From an uncultured archaeon (GTDB lineage: Archaea > Aenigmatarchaeota > Aenigmatarchaeia > QMZP01): 64,000 bases of DNA. Position 1 is the stretch's first letter; every line of letters starts with the position of its first letter. Under the pieces are notes generated by a model, which saw only the letters and a program-made list of their open reading frames with translations, searched no databases and was not told where the DNA came from. The stretch covers positions 14,659 through 78,658 of the forward strand of contig CAZKUD010000003.1 of assembly GCA_964555875.1 (NCBI GenBank), given 5' to 3'. Positions 52,714-61,398 of the stretch are shown here, piece after piece. A program made the position numbers and the translations under genes.

Positions 52714-54087
52714 TCATCCGCGCCTTTTCCTGTACTCGGCATAATTATACATCACTCCCATGGCGTTGGCTGCCCTGGCGGGGTAGGAGAAGCAGGGCAC
52801 CCCGCTGGACTCGAGGCATTTCTTCAGCACCTCAGTGTACCTGCCCCCGGATGCGACAACCACTATGGGCTTCCTGCTGTTCTTGCTGGCCTCTGCTATG
52901 ACAGACGTCACCTCCGGCGTAAGGGCAGGCACCTGGAATAGGACGATGGCCATTATCATGTCCACGTTCGGGTCTTCCATTGCAGCATTGATTGCCTTCT
53001 CGTAATGCCAGCTCTCTGCGTTCCCGGTCAGGTCTATGGGGTTCTTTATTATGAAATATGGGGGCAGGGCCTTCTTCAGTTCCCTGAGGGTCTTCTTCTT
53101 CATCCCGGCCAGTTCCAGGCCGTTCCTTATTATGCTGTCCACTGCCATCACGCCAAACCCGCCTCCGTCGGTTATGACCTGCACCCTCTTTCCCTTGGGA
53201 AGGGGCTGGGTGCTGAGCAGCCTGGCGAAGTCGAACATCTCCTCCATGTCGTCTGCCTGTATTATGCCCGACTGCCTGAATGCAGCAGAGAACACCTCCT
53301 CGGAGCCGGCGAGGCTTCCTGTGTGGCTCTGGACAGCGGCGCTGCCCTCCTTGGTGATGCCCCCCTTCTGCACCATTATGGGCTTCCTGTGGCTTAACTT
53401 CCTGGCGACGTCGAAGAGCTTCCTGCCGTCCTTTATGCCCTCGAAATATGCGCATATCACCTTGGTGTCCCTGTCCCTGGACAGGTACCCTATAAGCTCG
53501 TCCGCCCCTATGTCCGTCTCGTTGCCGTAGGAAACGAAGCGGGATATCTTGTAGCCCTTCATCGCCATCCAGTCCAGCATGACCGTCCCTATCGCGCCGG
53601 ACTGGCTTATGTACGCTATGTTGCCCTTGTCGGGCCTTTCGAGCTTGTACCTGGGGTTGAATATGGTGTCCACCCCGGAGTAGGGGTCGTATATGCCGAT
53701 GCAGTTGGTGCCGATGAGGCGCATCCTGTGCTTCCTGGCGACGGCCTTCACTTTCTCCTCTAGTTCCGCATTGCCTATCTCCTTGAAGCCGGCGGATATC
53801 ACCACTGCGTGCCTTATGCCCTTCCTGCCGCACTGCCCGAGGGCGGCCGGGACCAGGGAAGCGGGGACCACTATGATTGCGAGGTCCACCTTCCCAGGTA
53901 TGTCCTCCACGCTCCTGTAGCACTTCTGACCGAACAGCTCCCTGGCCTTCGGGTTGACCGGGTACACCTTTCCTTTGAAGTTGCCCTCGAAGAAGTTCCT
54001 GAAGATGACGTGGCCCGGCTTGCCGGGGCTCCTTGAGGCGCCGACAACGGCGACGGATCTGGGCTCGAAGAACTTGTCCAGGCTCAT
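52714..54087 (-). CDS. ADP-forming acetyl-CoA synthetase alpha subunit / CoA-binding succinyl-CoA-ligase-like protein
   Basis: FFEPRSVAVVGASRSPGKPGHVI, VNPK, and the phosphohistidine-loop-like SHTGSLAGS; 457 aa. Confidence 0.75.
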   Translation of the reverse strand: MSLDKFFEPRSVAVVGASRSPGKPGHVIFRNFFEGNFKGKVYPVNPKARELFGQKCYRSVEDIPGKVDLAIIVVPASLVPAALGQCGRKGIRHAVVISAGFKEIGNAELEEKVKAVARKHRMRLIGTNCIGIYDPYSGVDTIFNPRYKLERPDKGNIAYISQSGAIGTVMLDWMAMKGYKISRFVSYGNETDIGADELIGYLSRDRDTKVICAYFEGIKDGRKLFDVARKLSHRKPIMVQKGGITKEGSAAVQSHTGSLAGSEEVFSAAFRQSGIIQADDMEEMFDFARLLSTQPLPKGKRVQVITDGGGFGVMAVDSIIRNGLELAGMKKKTLRELKKALPPYFIIKNPIDLTGNAESWHYEKAINAAMEDPNVDMIMAIVLFQVPALTPEVTSVIAEASKNSRKPIVVVASGGRYTEVLKKCLESSGVPCFSYPARAANAMGVMYNYAEYRKRRG

Positions 54088-54120
54088 GGTGTTTATTATT
54101 TGTCGGCCGCAATATTAATT

Positions 54121-55287
54121 ATGCTGAGGAGCATACTCTCCGAGAGGGGGCAGGAGCTTCCCGGGATAGTGATAGGCAAGCTCCTGAAGATAGCGGTCGA
54201 GGACAGGTCGGTGGTTTCCCTCGGGCCGGGCGAGCCCGACTTCACGACGCCCAAGGAGATACTGGCGGCTGCAAGGAAGGCCCTGGGAGAGGGCCGCACC
54301 CACTACTCCCCGCCCCAGGGAAGGCTGGAACTGAGGCAGGCGATAGCAGAGAAGCTGAAGAAGGAGAACAGGATAACCGCTGACCCGGACGACATCATAG
54401 TGACCACGGGCTCGACAGAAGGCATACTGCTTTCCCTCATGGCCATGGTTGACCCCGGGGAGGGCGTGCTCCTGACAGACCCGGGCTTCCTAGCGTACAA
54501 GCCCACCATAGAGCTGCTGAGCGGGATGCCGCTCTCCGTGCCCCTGAAGGAGGAGCAGGGATGGCAGATAGACGTGGACGAGCTGGAGCGCGCCATCGTC
54601 CCGGAGAAGACAAACGCGATTATAATAAACACCCCCACCAACCCGACGGGCACGGTCTACACGAAGCAGACCCTGGAGGACATCGCGGACTTTGCGACAG
54701 AGCATGACATCATAATAATATCAGACGAGGCGTACGAGAAGCTGACCTACGACGATGCCAGGCACATTTCCATAGGCTCCCTGAACGGGATGGGGGAAAG
54801 GGTGCTGACCATGCAGTCTGTCTCAAAGACGTACGCGATGGCAGGGTTCAGGGTCGGCTGGCTCCACGGGCCCCAGAAGCTCGTCAAGGCGATGACAAAG
54901 CTCCATCTCTTCTCCACGCTTTCCGCGCCCACTGTTTCCCAGATTGCGGTGACGTCAGCGCTAAGGGGGAAGCAGGCAGCGACCGAAGAGATGAGGAAGG
55001 AGTATGACAGGAGGAGGAAGCTTATTGTCAGGAGGCTCAACAAGATGGGCCTGCACTGCGTGGAGCCCAAGGGCGCATTCTATGCCTTCCCGAAGATATC
55101 GCACCTCACCAAGAAGTCCTCGTTCAAGTTCGCTGAGTGGCTGCTGAAGGAGGGCAAGGTCGCCGTCGTGCCGGGAACAGAGTTCGGAAGGATGGGGGAA
55201 GGCTACATAAGGCTGAGCTACGCGACAGCGTACGAGAAGATAGTCACTGCGATGGGAAGGATGGAGAGGGCACTGAAGAAGCTCTAG
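54121..55287 (+). CDS. Class I/II pyridoxal-phosphate aminotransferase (aspartate aminotransferase family)
   Basis: SLGPGEPDFTTP, NPTNPTG and the PLP-Lys region SVSKTYAMAGFRVGW. ATG at 54121 is preferred over the TTG at 54100. Confidence 0.8.
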   Translation: MLRSILSERGQELPGIVIGKLLKIAVEDRSVVSLGPGEPDFTTPKEILAAARKALGEGRTHYSPPQGRLELRQAIAEKLKKENRITADPDDIIVTTGSTEGILLSLMAMVDPGEGVLLTDPGFLAYKPTIELLSGMPLSVPLKEEQGWQIDVDELERAIVPEKTNAIIINTPTNPTGTVYTKQTLEDIADFATEHDIIIISDEAYEKLTYDDARHISIGSLNGMGERVLTMQSVSKTYAMAGFRVGWLHGPQKLVKAMTKLHLFSTLSAPTVSQIAVTSALRGKQAATEEMRKEYDRRRKLIVRRLNKMGLHCVEPKGAFYAFPKISHLTKKSSFKFAEWLLKEGKVAVVPGTEFGRMGEGYIRLSYATAYEKIVTAMGRMERALKKL

Positions 55288-55658
55288 ACATCCACTGCGT
55301 TCAGGACATCATCCATCGAGAGCCACATGTCCTCGTCATAGTTGCCGTCCGCTATGTGGTTCAGGAGTATCATCTTCCACTTGTCCTGGGGCGGCTTCCA
55401 GGCAAGTATGCCGATGGCGCTCGCCTGCCTGCACCATTCCTGGAAGTCCCTTATCTTGTCCTTTGACAGGCGGGGCATTTTGTTCCAGGCCTTGCTTTCT
55501 ATCGCTATCACAAGACCCTTCTTTATCGCGACTATGTCTGCCGGAGTTAGCCAGCCCCCTGAAGACGCAGCGCGTATGCAGGAGAAGCCCCTCTTGGTCA
55601 GGATGTGCAGGAGGTCCCTCTCGTGCCTGGCGCCCTTGGCGTACGTCTTGATGGGCAT
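55284..55658 (-). CDS. hjc: Holliday junction resolvase Hjc
   Basis: KGARHERDLLHILTKRGFSCIRAASSG...DIVAIKKGLVIAIESKA contains the E...D...ExK nuclease motifs; 124 aa. Confidence 0.8.
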   Translation of the reverse strand: MPIKTYAKGARHERDLLHILTKRGFSCIRAASSGGWLTPADIVAIKKGLVIAIESKAWNKMPRLSKDKIRDFQEWCRQASAIGILAWKPPQDKWKMILLNHIADGNYDEDMWLSMDDVLNAVDV

Positions 55659-55783
55659 GAATACTAATTGTTCTCAAAGGATAAAAGGCAAGGCATAGCA
55701 GCGTTCCGCTATTCCGTTAGGCAGCGGAAGGCTTATATCTTTTTCTGGCGTGGGTTTTTATAACATTAAGACAAATATCGAAC

Positions 55784-56509
55784 ATGGATAACATGACTGA
55801 CGAACTGGCCGTCAGCCGCAGGGGCCTGGCCAAGGACATAGTCGGCGAGATAGTGCTATCTGATTCTCCCGAGCGCGTGATAAAGAAGTGGAGGGAGATA
55901 TTCAAGGTCTCCCAGAAGCGCCTCGCTCAGAGCCTGGGCATAACGTCGTCGGTGATAAGCGACTATGAGTCAGGGAGAAGGAGGTCCCCCGGCATAAAGG
56001 TGGTCAACAAGTATGTCAGCTCCCTTCTGGACATAGACCTGGAGCGGGGAGGCAACATCATAAAGAGCTTCTCCAAGGACGGCCCCCCGCCAGGCATGTC
56101 AGACGCCATACTGGACATGAGGGAACTCGAGGGCGGGGTGAGCGTGAACAGGTTTTGTAAGAGCATAAGCGCCTCTCTCCTCACAGACAGCCAGTCGAGC
56201 AAGCCCCTGTATGGCTACACCATCATAGACTCATTCAAGGCGATAACAGAGTTCTCGTTCAAGGAGCTTGTGCGGCTTTACGGCGCCACCACACAGAGGG
56301 CGCTGGTCTTCACCAAGGTGGAGACAGGAAGGACCCCAATGGTCGCAATCAAGCTCACAGGCCTGCAGCCGGCTCTGGTGGTGCTCCATGGGCTGGACAC
56401 GGTCGACGACGTCGCAAAGAGGATAGCAGAGGTAGAGGGCATACCCCTCGCTGTCTGCAGGCTGGATAACGCAGACAATATAGTGGAGGCCCTGACATCC
56501 ATTAAGTGA
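55784..56509 (+). CDS. XRE-type helix-turn-helix transcriptional regulator with a C-terminal uncharacterised domain
   Basis: KVSQKRLAQSLGITSSVISDYESGRR is a Cro/C1 HTH pattern. Confidence 0.65.
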   Translation: MDNMTDELAVSRRGLAKDIVGEIVLSDSPERVIKKWREIFKVSQKRLAQSLGITSSVISDYESGRRRSPGIKVVNKYVSSLLDIDLERGGNIIKSFSKDGPPPGMSDAILDMRELEGGVSVNRFCKSISASLLTDSQSSKPLYGYTIIDSFKAITEFSFKELVRLYGATTQRALVFTKVETGRTPMVAIKLTGLQPALVVLHGLDTVDDVAKRIAEVEGIPLAVCRLDNADNIVEALTSIK

Positions 56510-57184
56510 TTACAGCTTGGTTTGTTTTGACTCGCAGGACGCCTTTCCCGCCTTTATCTCCACCATGCCATAATAGCCGTCATAGACCGGGCCAGGATAA
56601 AAGAGCGTGGTGCCCCCCAGCCGGTCCTCTCCCCTGTTCTCATGTATGTGGGCGGAGATGGCCAGAAGCGGCTTCTTGGATTCTATGAATGCGCGTATCG
56701 CCTGGGATCCCACGTGGCCTCCCTTCGTCTTGTCCAGCTTGGTGTCCTTCGGGGGGCTGTGCACGACGAGGACGAACCCCCTGGGCGCCTTGGAAGAGAG
56801 CCTGTCCAGCCAGGCCGCAGTCTCCTTCTCGCTCGGCTCTATTATCGTGTTGAAGGGCGTCGCTGCGCCGCCGAACCCCAGGAAAGTGGTGCCCCCCCGC
56901 TTCTCTGTGGTGCAGTGGAGGTTAACCCCGTAGTTCCTGAACAGTTCTATTATCTCATACGGGTCATGGTTGCCGGGGACACATAGCACGGGCTTGCCTA
57001 TCGCAAGCAGCTGCTGAAGCACCATGTTGGCGACGTCCATCTGGGTGAAGTCCTGGGGGACACTGAACATGTCAGTGACGTCTCCGGGACAGACCACCAG
57101 GTCGAAGTCCTTTCCGGCAGCGTCTATCACCTTGGACAGCGCCCGCCTCTCACCATGTATATCAGCGAGTACCAGTATCCTCAT
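56510..57184 (-). CDS. Calcineurin-like metallophosphoesterase
   Basis: MRILVLADIHG, CPGDVTD, VPGNHD and HSPP motifs. Confidence 0.75.
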   Translation of the reverse strand: MRILVLADIHGERRALSKVIDAAGKDFDLVVCPGDVTDMFSVPQDFTQMDVANMVLQQLLAIGKPVLCVPGNHDPYEIIELFRNYGVNLHCTTEKRGGTTFLGFGGAATPFNTIIEPSEKETAAWLDRLSSKAPRGFVLVVHSPPKDTKLDKTKGGHVGSQAIRAFIESKKPLLAISAHIHENRGEDRLGGTTLFYPGPVYDGYYGMVEIKAGKASCESKQTKL

Positions 57185-57274
57185 ACTACTAATTGAAGCC
57201 TAATATTAAAAAATGCCTGACACCACGGTTTCCTGTGGAACTTGCCTTTTTTCTTTATTTCAGTTCTTTCAAAG

Positions 57275-57290
57275 TATTACAGTGTAATAT
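57275..57290. repeat. 16-nt palindromic element TATTACAGTGTAATAT, copy 1
   Basis: Exact duplicate of 57383-57398. Arms TATTAC/GTAATA surround a 3-4 nt centre. Confidence 0.8.
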
Positions 57291-57382
57291 TTAGAAATAG
57301 TTTTATAATACCCGATTTCCATAAGAAATAAAGGTGTCTGGGGTCCACATGAAATGAGGTGATCGTGGGCGCAGAGTACCGA

Positions 57383-57398
57383 TATTACAGTGTAATAT
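57383..57398. repeat. 16-nt palindromic element TATTACAGTGTAATAT, copy 2
   Basis: Exact duplicate of 57275-57290, 108 bp downstream. It lies about 57 nt upstream of the cdc6 ATG and about 30 nt upstream of a TATA-like ATTTAAA (57427-57433). Confidence 0.8.
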
Positions 57399-57454
57399 AA
57401 CAGGAGGGAAGAAACCCACAACAAGAATTTAAACCCCGGTTTCATATAGAGATT

Positions 57455-58654
57455 ATGGTCCAACAAACCCTGGGCGACATCTTCAGCGGCTATGTGCAGA
57501 AGGCAGGAGCGGTCTTCTCCAACAGGAACATCCTGTCACATGACCACATGCCTGAGCAGGCCATGCACAGGGACGAGCAGATGCAGCACCTTGCCACCAT
57601 ACTTGCCCCCTCCATACAGGGAGCCCGCCCCTCCAACGTGTTCCTCTACGGCAAGACCGGGACAGGCAAGACCCTGGTCGCCAGGCAGGTGACCAAGGAG
57701 CTGGAGAAGGCGTCTGACAGGGTGGTTGTGCTGTACATGAACTGCAAGATGAAGAGGGTGGCTGACACAGAGTACAGGCTTTTCGCAGAGCTCTCCCGGG
57801 AGCTCGGCAAGACCGTGCCCGCCACCGGCCTGCCGACAGACGAGGTGTACAGGATATTCTACGAGGCAATCGACTCCAGGCCCCAGAACGTCATACTCGT
57901 GCTAGACGAGATAGATGCCCTGGTCAGGAAGGTCGGCGACGAAATACTCTACAACCTCACCAGGGTCAATACAGAGCTGAAGCAGGCCAGGCTCTCGATG
58001 GTAGGCATCTCTAACAACATATCCTTCATAGAGTCCCTTGATTCCAGGGTGAAGTCCTCCCTCTCCGAGGAGGAGATAATATTCCCCCCATACAACGCCA
58101 ACCAGCTGAAGGACATCCTGTCCACCAGGGCAGAGAAGGCCTTCCACTCAGGCGCGCTCGGCGGCGGGGTGATAGAGAAGTGTGCCGCCCTGGCAGCACA
58201 GGAGCACGGCGACGCAAGAAAGGCGCTGGACCTGCTTCGGGTTGCAGGAGAGATGGCGGAGAGGAAGAAGGAGCCGACAGTGACATCGGGCTTCGTCGAT
58301 GCAGCGGAAGACAAGTTAGACCTGGACAGGACCACAGAGGTGGTGCAGGCACAGCCCAAGCAGTCCCTGGCCGTCCTTGCGGGCATCCTCAAGCTGACGG
58401 ACAAGGGAGAGAAGGACATCCAGACAGGGGACATCTTCCTGGAATATGAAAAGATATCAGCCAAGTGCGGCCTCAAGCCCCTCACCCAGAGGAGGGTCTC
58501 CGACCTTATAGCCGAGCTGGACATGCTGGGCATAATAAACGCAAAGGTGATATCAAAGGGCCGCTACGGAAGGACAAGGGAGATAAGGATACTCCTTGCA
58601 AGGCCCGCTGTGGAGAAGATACGGAGGGTGCTGGAAAGGAACTACCTGGTTTGA
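57455..58654 (+). CDS. cdc6: Orc1/Cdc6 replication initiator
   Basis: Walker A YGKTGTGKT, Walker B ILVLDEID, sensor regions and a C-terminal winged helix; 399 aa. Confidence 0.9.
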   Translation: MVQQTLGDIFSGYVQKAGAVFSNRNILSHDHMPEQAMHRDEQMQHLATILAPSIQGARPSNVFLYGKTGTGKTLVARQVTKELEKASDRVVVLYMNCKMKRVADTEYRLFAELSRELGKTVPATGLPTDEVYRIFYEAIDSRPQNVILVLDEIDALVRKVGDEILYNLTRVNTELKQARLSMVGISNNISFIESLDSRVKSSLSEEEIIFPPYNANQLKDILSTRAEKAFHSGALGGGVIEKCAALAAQEHGDARKALDLLRVAGEMAERKKEPTVTSGFVDAAEDKLDLDRTTEVVQAQPKQSLAVLAGILKLTDKGEKDIQTGDIFLEYEKISAKCGLKPLTQRRVSDLIAELDMLGIINAKVISKGRYGRTREIRILLARPAVEKIRRVLERNYLV

Positions 58655-58656
58655 TT

Positions 58657-59559
58657 ATGGACAAGAGGGAGATAGTGAGGAAGGCGCTGGAAAGGGGCGT
58701 GATGGTTTCCCCCGAGGCGCTTGAGGGCGCCGACTGGTCAGATATAGACTCGGTACTGGAGGAGGCCAAGCACATGCTAGTATACGGGTCCCCTGCGGGC
58801 GAAAAGAGGGGCCCAAACGTTTCTGTCAAGGAATCCGTCCCGAAGGCCAGGCTGAAGCCGAAGGACGTGGCGGACTTCTACAGCCAGAAATACAAGGCCA
58901 TGAGGCAGCTGCTGCTGAAGAAAGTCAAGGCAGTATCCATCAACAAGGCCCAGGACCTCAAATCAGGCGTGTCGGTCATAGGCATAGTGAAGGAACTGAC
59001 GCCCTCCGGCGCCGTCCTCGAGGACCAGACAGGCGAGATAGACGCCATAGGAAAGATTGATGCCGGAGAGGGCGATGTCCTGGGCGCCAAAGGCCAGGTA
59101 AGGGAGGGCAAGGTGATGGTTTCCGAAACCGTCTGGCCCGATGTCCCCCTTGTCAGGAAGCCCGGACGCATACATAACACGACCCTCCTCCTCACCTCAA
59201 AGGATGAGAAGGACGCGGACGTCATATTCTCCTCCTCAGGGGCAGAGGGCGCGACCCACGTTTCCCATTCCCCCACCTGGCTGACAGTCTCCAACAACGG
59301 CTCCTCCCTGACCGTGCTCGCCTACAAGACGGGCGAGAAGGACCTGAAGGCTGCTGCAGGCTGGCTCAAGAAGCGGTGCCTCCCGCACGAGGAGGTCCCT
59401 GGCCCGAAGAACCTTCACGTGATAGACCCTGTTCCTGACATCCTCTGGCTGATAGGGCCGCCTGCAGGGAAGGAGATTTACAAGGGAGTCTTAATAGTCT
59501 CCTGCGGAGAGGGCTCAGCCAAGGTCAACCTAGAGACGCTGGAAGCGGAGTTCAAGTAG
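58657..59559 (+). CDS. Short PolD small-subunit (DP1/B-subunit)-like protein: N-terminal helical domain plus OB fold, with degenerate or absent phosphoesterase motifs
   Basis: The N-terminus MDKREIVRKALERGVMVSPEALE resembles DP1 N-termini. OB-like segment VSVIGIVKELTPSGAVLEDQTGEIDAIG. The remaining roughly 160 aa lack the DxH/GDxxDG/GNHD motifs. The start is 2 nt after the cdc6 stop. Confidence 0.45.
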   Translation: MDKREIVRKALERGVMVSPEALEGADWSDIDSVLEEAKHMLVYGSPAGEKRGPNVSVKESVPKARLKPKDVADFYSQKYKAMRQLLLKKVKAVSINKAQDLKSGVSVIGIVKELTPSGAVLEDQTGEIDAIGKIDAGEGDVLGAKGQVREGKVMVSETVWPDVPLVRKPGRIHNTTLLLTSKDEKDADVIFSSSGAEGATHVSHSPTWLTVSNNGSSLTVLAYKTGEKDLKAAAGWLKKRCLPHEEVPGPKNLHVIDPVPDILWLIGPPAGKEIYKGVLIVSCGEGSAKVNLETLEAEFK

Positions 59560-59758
59560 AGTCCTTTTCTTCCCTTCTCCGCTCCTCAATGTTCCTGAAG
59601 TATTCGTCCCTTATCTGGTGCTCATTGTTCCTGCTCATATACTTCCAGCAGCCGTAGCCCGCAATCCCCATGAATGTAAGTGCCGGCAAGCCTATCATTA
59701 TGATCTCGTCCAGATACCCGCCAATGCCATCGAGCATAACAATTCTTGTCGCAAACAT
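59552..59758 (-). CDS. Small hypothetical membrane protein (68 aa)
   Basis: One TM segment (IIMIGLPALTFMGIAGYGCW) and a charged tail. It lies directly downstream of the TctA-like gene on the same strand. Confidence 0.3.
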   Translation of the reverse strand: MFATRIVMLDGIGGYLDEIIMIGLPALTFMGIAGYGCWKYMSRNNEHQIRDEYFRNIEERRREEKDST

Positions 59759-59767
59759 TCTTAAGCC

Positions 59768-60982
59768 TTACATGAGGCCGAAGTAGAACAGCATGATGGG
59801 CAGCATCAGGACCCCCATACAGCTGGTCCTCTTCACGCCAAACAGGGGAGGGAGGAGGCCTATGGACGTTGAAGTCACCATATACAGCATGCCGATGGGC
59901 CCTGTCATCAGCGCCACCATGCCGACCAGCATGACTATTATGGCCACCGACACCCTCCTGTAATCAAGCCTCTGGAACAGCCTGGCGAACCCCCTTCCGG
60001 CCCTTATTGTAAGGAAGGCCCCTGCCCCGGCAGAGAACAGGGCAGTCGCCATCAGGAGCAGCATCTCCCCGTAGCCGAAGTTCACGAGCACCTCCTGGAC
60101 AGCTACCGCAGCCCCTGACCTTGGCCTGGATATCAGGTACAGCGCCATGAGGGAGAACAGCGCTGCCACAGTGTTTATGCCTCCCAGGGAAACCATGAAC
60201 TCCCTAATCGACTTCCTCATGGAGAGCTCATGCGCCAGCACCCCTGCCTGCGCGGCGCCTATCCCGGGCAGCACTCCCATGAGCATGCCTGAGAAGAACC
60301 CCTTCACGCTTCCCATCACAGTCTCCTTCACAGGAAGCCTCACAGGAGCCTGGCTCTGCCTGGGCACCGATATGCCGGAGCCTATGCTTATAATTAGTGT
60401 GCTTATCCCGAACAGTCCAGTGAAGATGGGAAACAGCATGCTCTGATCTGGCAATAATGGCGTCTCCATTGTCATGACACCCAATATACCGGAAAGCCCG
60501 AACACAATCAGGCCATAGACCCTCTTCATCCCCTCATCCAGAAGTATCATGACCCCGGCTATCGCCAGCAGGAGCCAGGCCATGTATGACTTGATTCCCA
60601 TATATAGTATGGGCAGGACAACGGAGACCAGAGGGAACAGGACAACTGACAGCATGATAACGCCCAGCCCGCCCGCCACTGTCAGGCATACCGCCTCCTG
60701 CGCCTGGCCCTTCAGCAGGAACCTGTGCCCAGGCAGGACAGAGAGGGCGGTCTCCCCTTCCGGCGCGCCTATGAACACAGACGGTATGAAGTTAAGGAAA
60801 GTGTTGGAGATGGCCATCGATGTGACGAACACAGCTATAGCGTGAGGCGTGAAGAAGAGCAGGAGCGAGGAGGTGGATGCTAGCATGACTGCAGCCACAG
60901 TGTTCGGGTGTACCCCGGGTATCAGGCCTGTGAATGTGCCTCCCAACACCCCAATCATGGCCATTAGCGCGAACTCCATCAT
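59768..60982 (-). CDS. TctA/DUF112-family integral membrane protein (putative transporter)
   Basis: 404 aa, highly hydrophobic, with GLIPGVHPNT and LPGIGAAQAGV motifs typical of DUF112/TctA. Confidence 0.6.
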   Translation of the reverse strand: MMEFALMAMIGVLGGTFTGLIPGVHPNTVAAVMLASTSSLLLFFTPHAIAVFVTSMAISNTFLNFIPSVFIGAPEGETALSVLPGHRFLLKGQAQEAVCLTVAGGLGVIMLSVVLFPLVSVVLPILYMGIKSYMAWLLLAIAGVMILLDEGMKRVYGLIVFGLSGILGVMTMETPLLPDQSMLFPIFTGLFGISTLIISIGSGISVPRQSQAPVRLPVKETVMGSVKGFFSGMLMGVLPGIGAAQAGVLAHELSMRKSIREFMVSLGGINTVAALFSLMALYLISRPRSGAAVAVQEVLVNFGYGEMLLLMATALFSAGAGAFLTIRAGRGFARLFQRLDYRRVSVAIIVMLVGMVALMTGPIGMLYMVTSTSIGLLPPLFGVKRTSCMGVLMLPIMLFYFGLM

Positions 60983-61347
60983 AGTCCCAGGCTGTCAGCC
61001 AGTATCTCCACGCTCCCCTTGTACATCCCCACCTTTCCCAGCGCGCATATGTTGTCCCCCTCCTTGAGGGAGTAGGGGTTGCCTGTCATTCCCCTGGCAG
61101 TGCCATTGAACACGACCACGCTGATGGTTCCTGTCTCGTCAGTCAGCCTGAAGAAGAGATGGTTGTTCTTCGAAACATGCTTGTATGTTATGTTCCCGCA
61201 TACCTTTGCTGCCACGCCTGTCATGTCCCCTGTGACGCCGCCTATCTCCAGTGCGTTCTCAGACACCTGGCCTGAAACCAGGAATATCGAGAGCAGCCCA
61301 AGGAGCGAGCAGGCAAGGGAGAGCTTCAGGAGCCCTGATTCCTCCAT
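60979..61347 (-). CDS. Membrane-anchored OB-fold (tRNA_anti-like) protein
   Basis: N-terminal TM segment, then FFRLTDETGTISVVVFNG...LKEGDNICALGKVGMYKGSVEI, an OB-fold pattern. ATG at 61347 is preferred. ATGA-type overlap with the downstream gene. Confidence 0.55.
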   Translation of the reverse strand: MEESGLLKLSLACSLLGLLSIFLVSGQVSENALEIGGVTGDMTGVAAKVCGNITYKHVSKNNHLFFRLTDETGTISVVVFNGTARGMTGNPYSLKEGDNICALGKVGMYKGSVEILADSLGL

Positions 61348-61398
61348 AATGAATCCTTCTCCCGGCCTCAGATATGCCTGACGTTGAGGGAGAATCAA

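Larger units (their letters stand above)
57185..57454. other. Candidate replication origin (oriC-like spacer) upstream of orc1/cdc6
   Basis: 270-bp non-coding region with an AT-rich core (about 57242-57335). ORB-like elements: CACGGTTTCCTGTGGAAC (57224-57241), inverted GGGGTCCACATGAAATGAGGTG (57340-57361) and CCCCGGTTTCATATAGAG (57434-57451). Confidence 0.5.

Noticed and set aside
52832-54112. 426-aa ORF on the same strand as the ACD alpha-subunit gene, in another frame
   Set aside because: Its extreme Arg/Gly/His/Glu-rich composition resembles no protein family. The overlapping frame (52714-54087) has clear CoA-ligase motifs.
54121-55287. Class I aminotransferase considered as the AEP transaminase (AepZ/PhnW) of the phosphonate pathway
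   Set aside because: It lies about 36 kb from the operon among housekeeping genes and looks like a generic aspartate aminotransferase. PhnW belongs to a different aminotransferase class.
57275-57398. The repeated 16-mers considered as a mini-CRISPR or MITE termini
   Set aside because: There are only two copies, no spacer-repeat periodicity and no cas genes. The sequence between them is origin/promoter-like rather than a transposable-element body.
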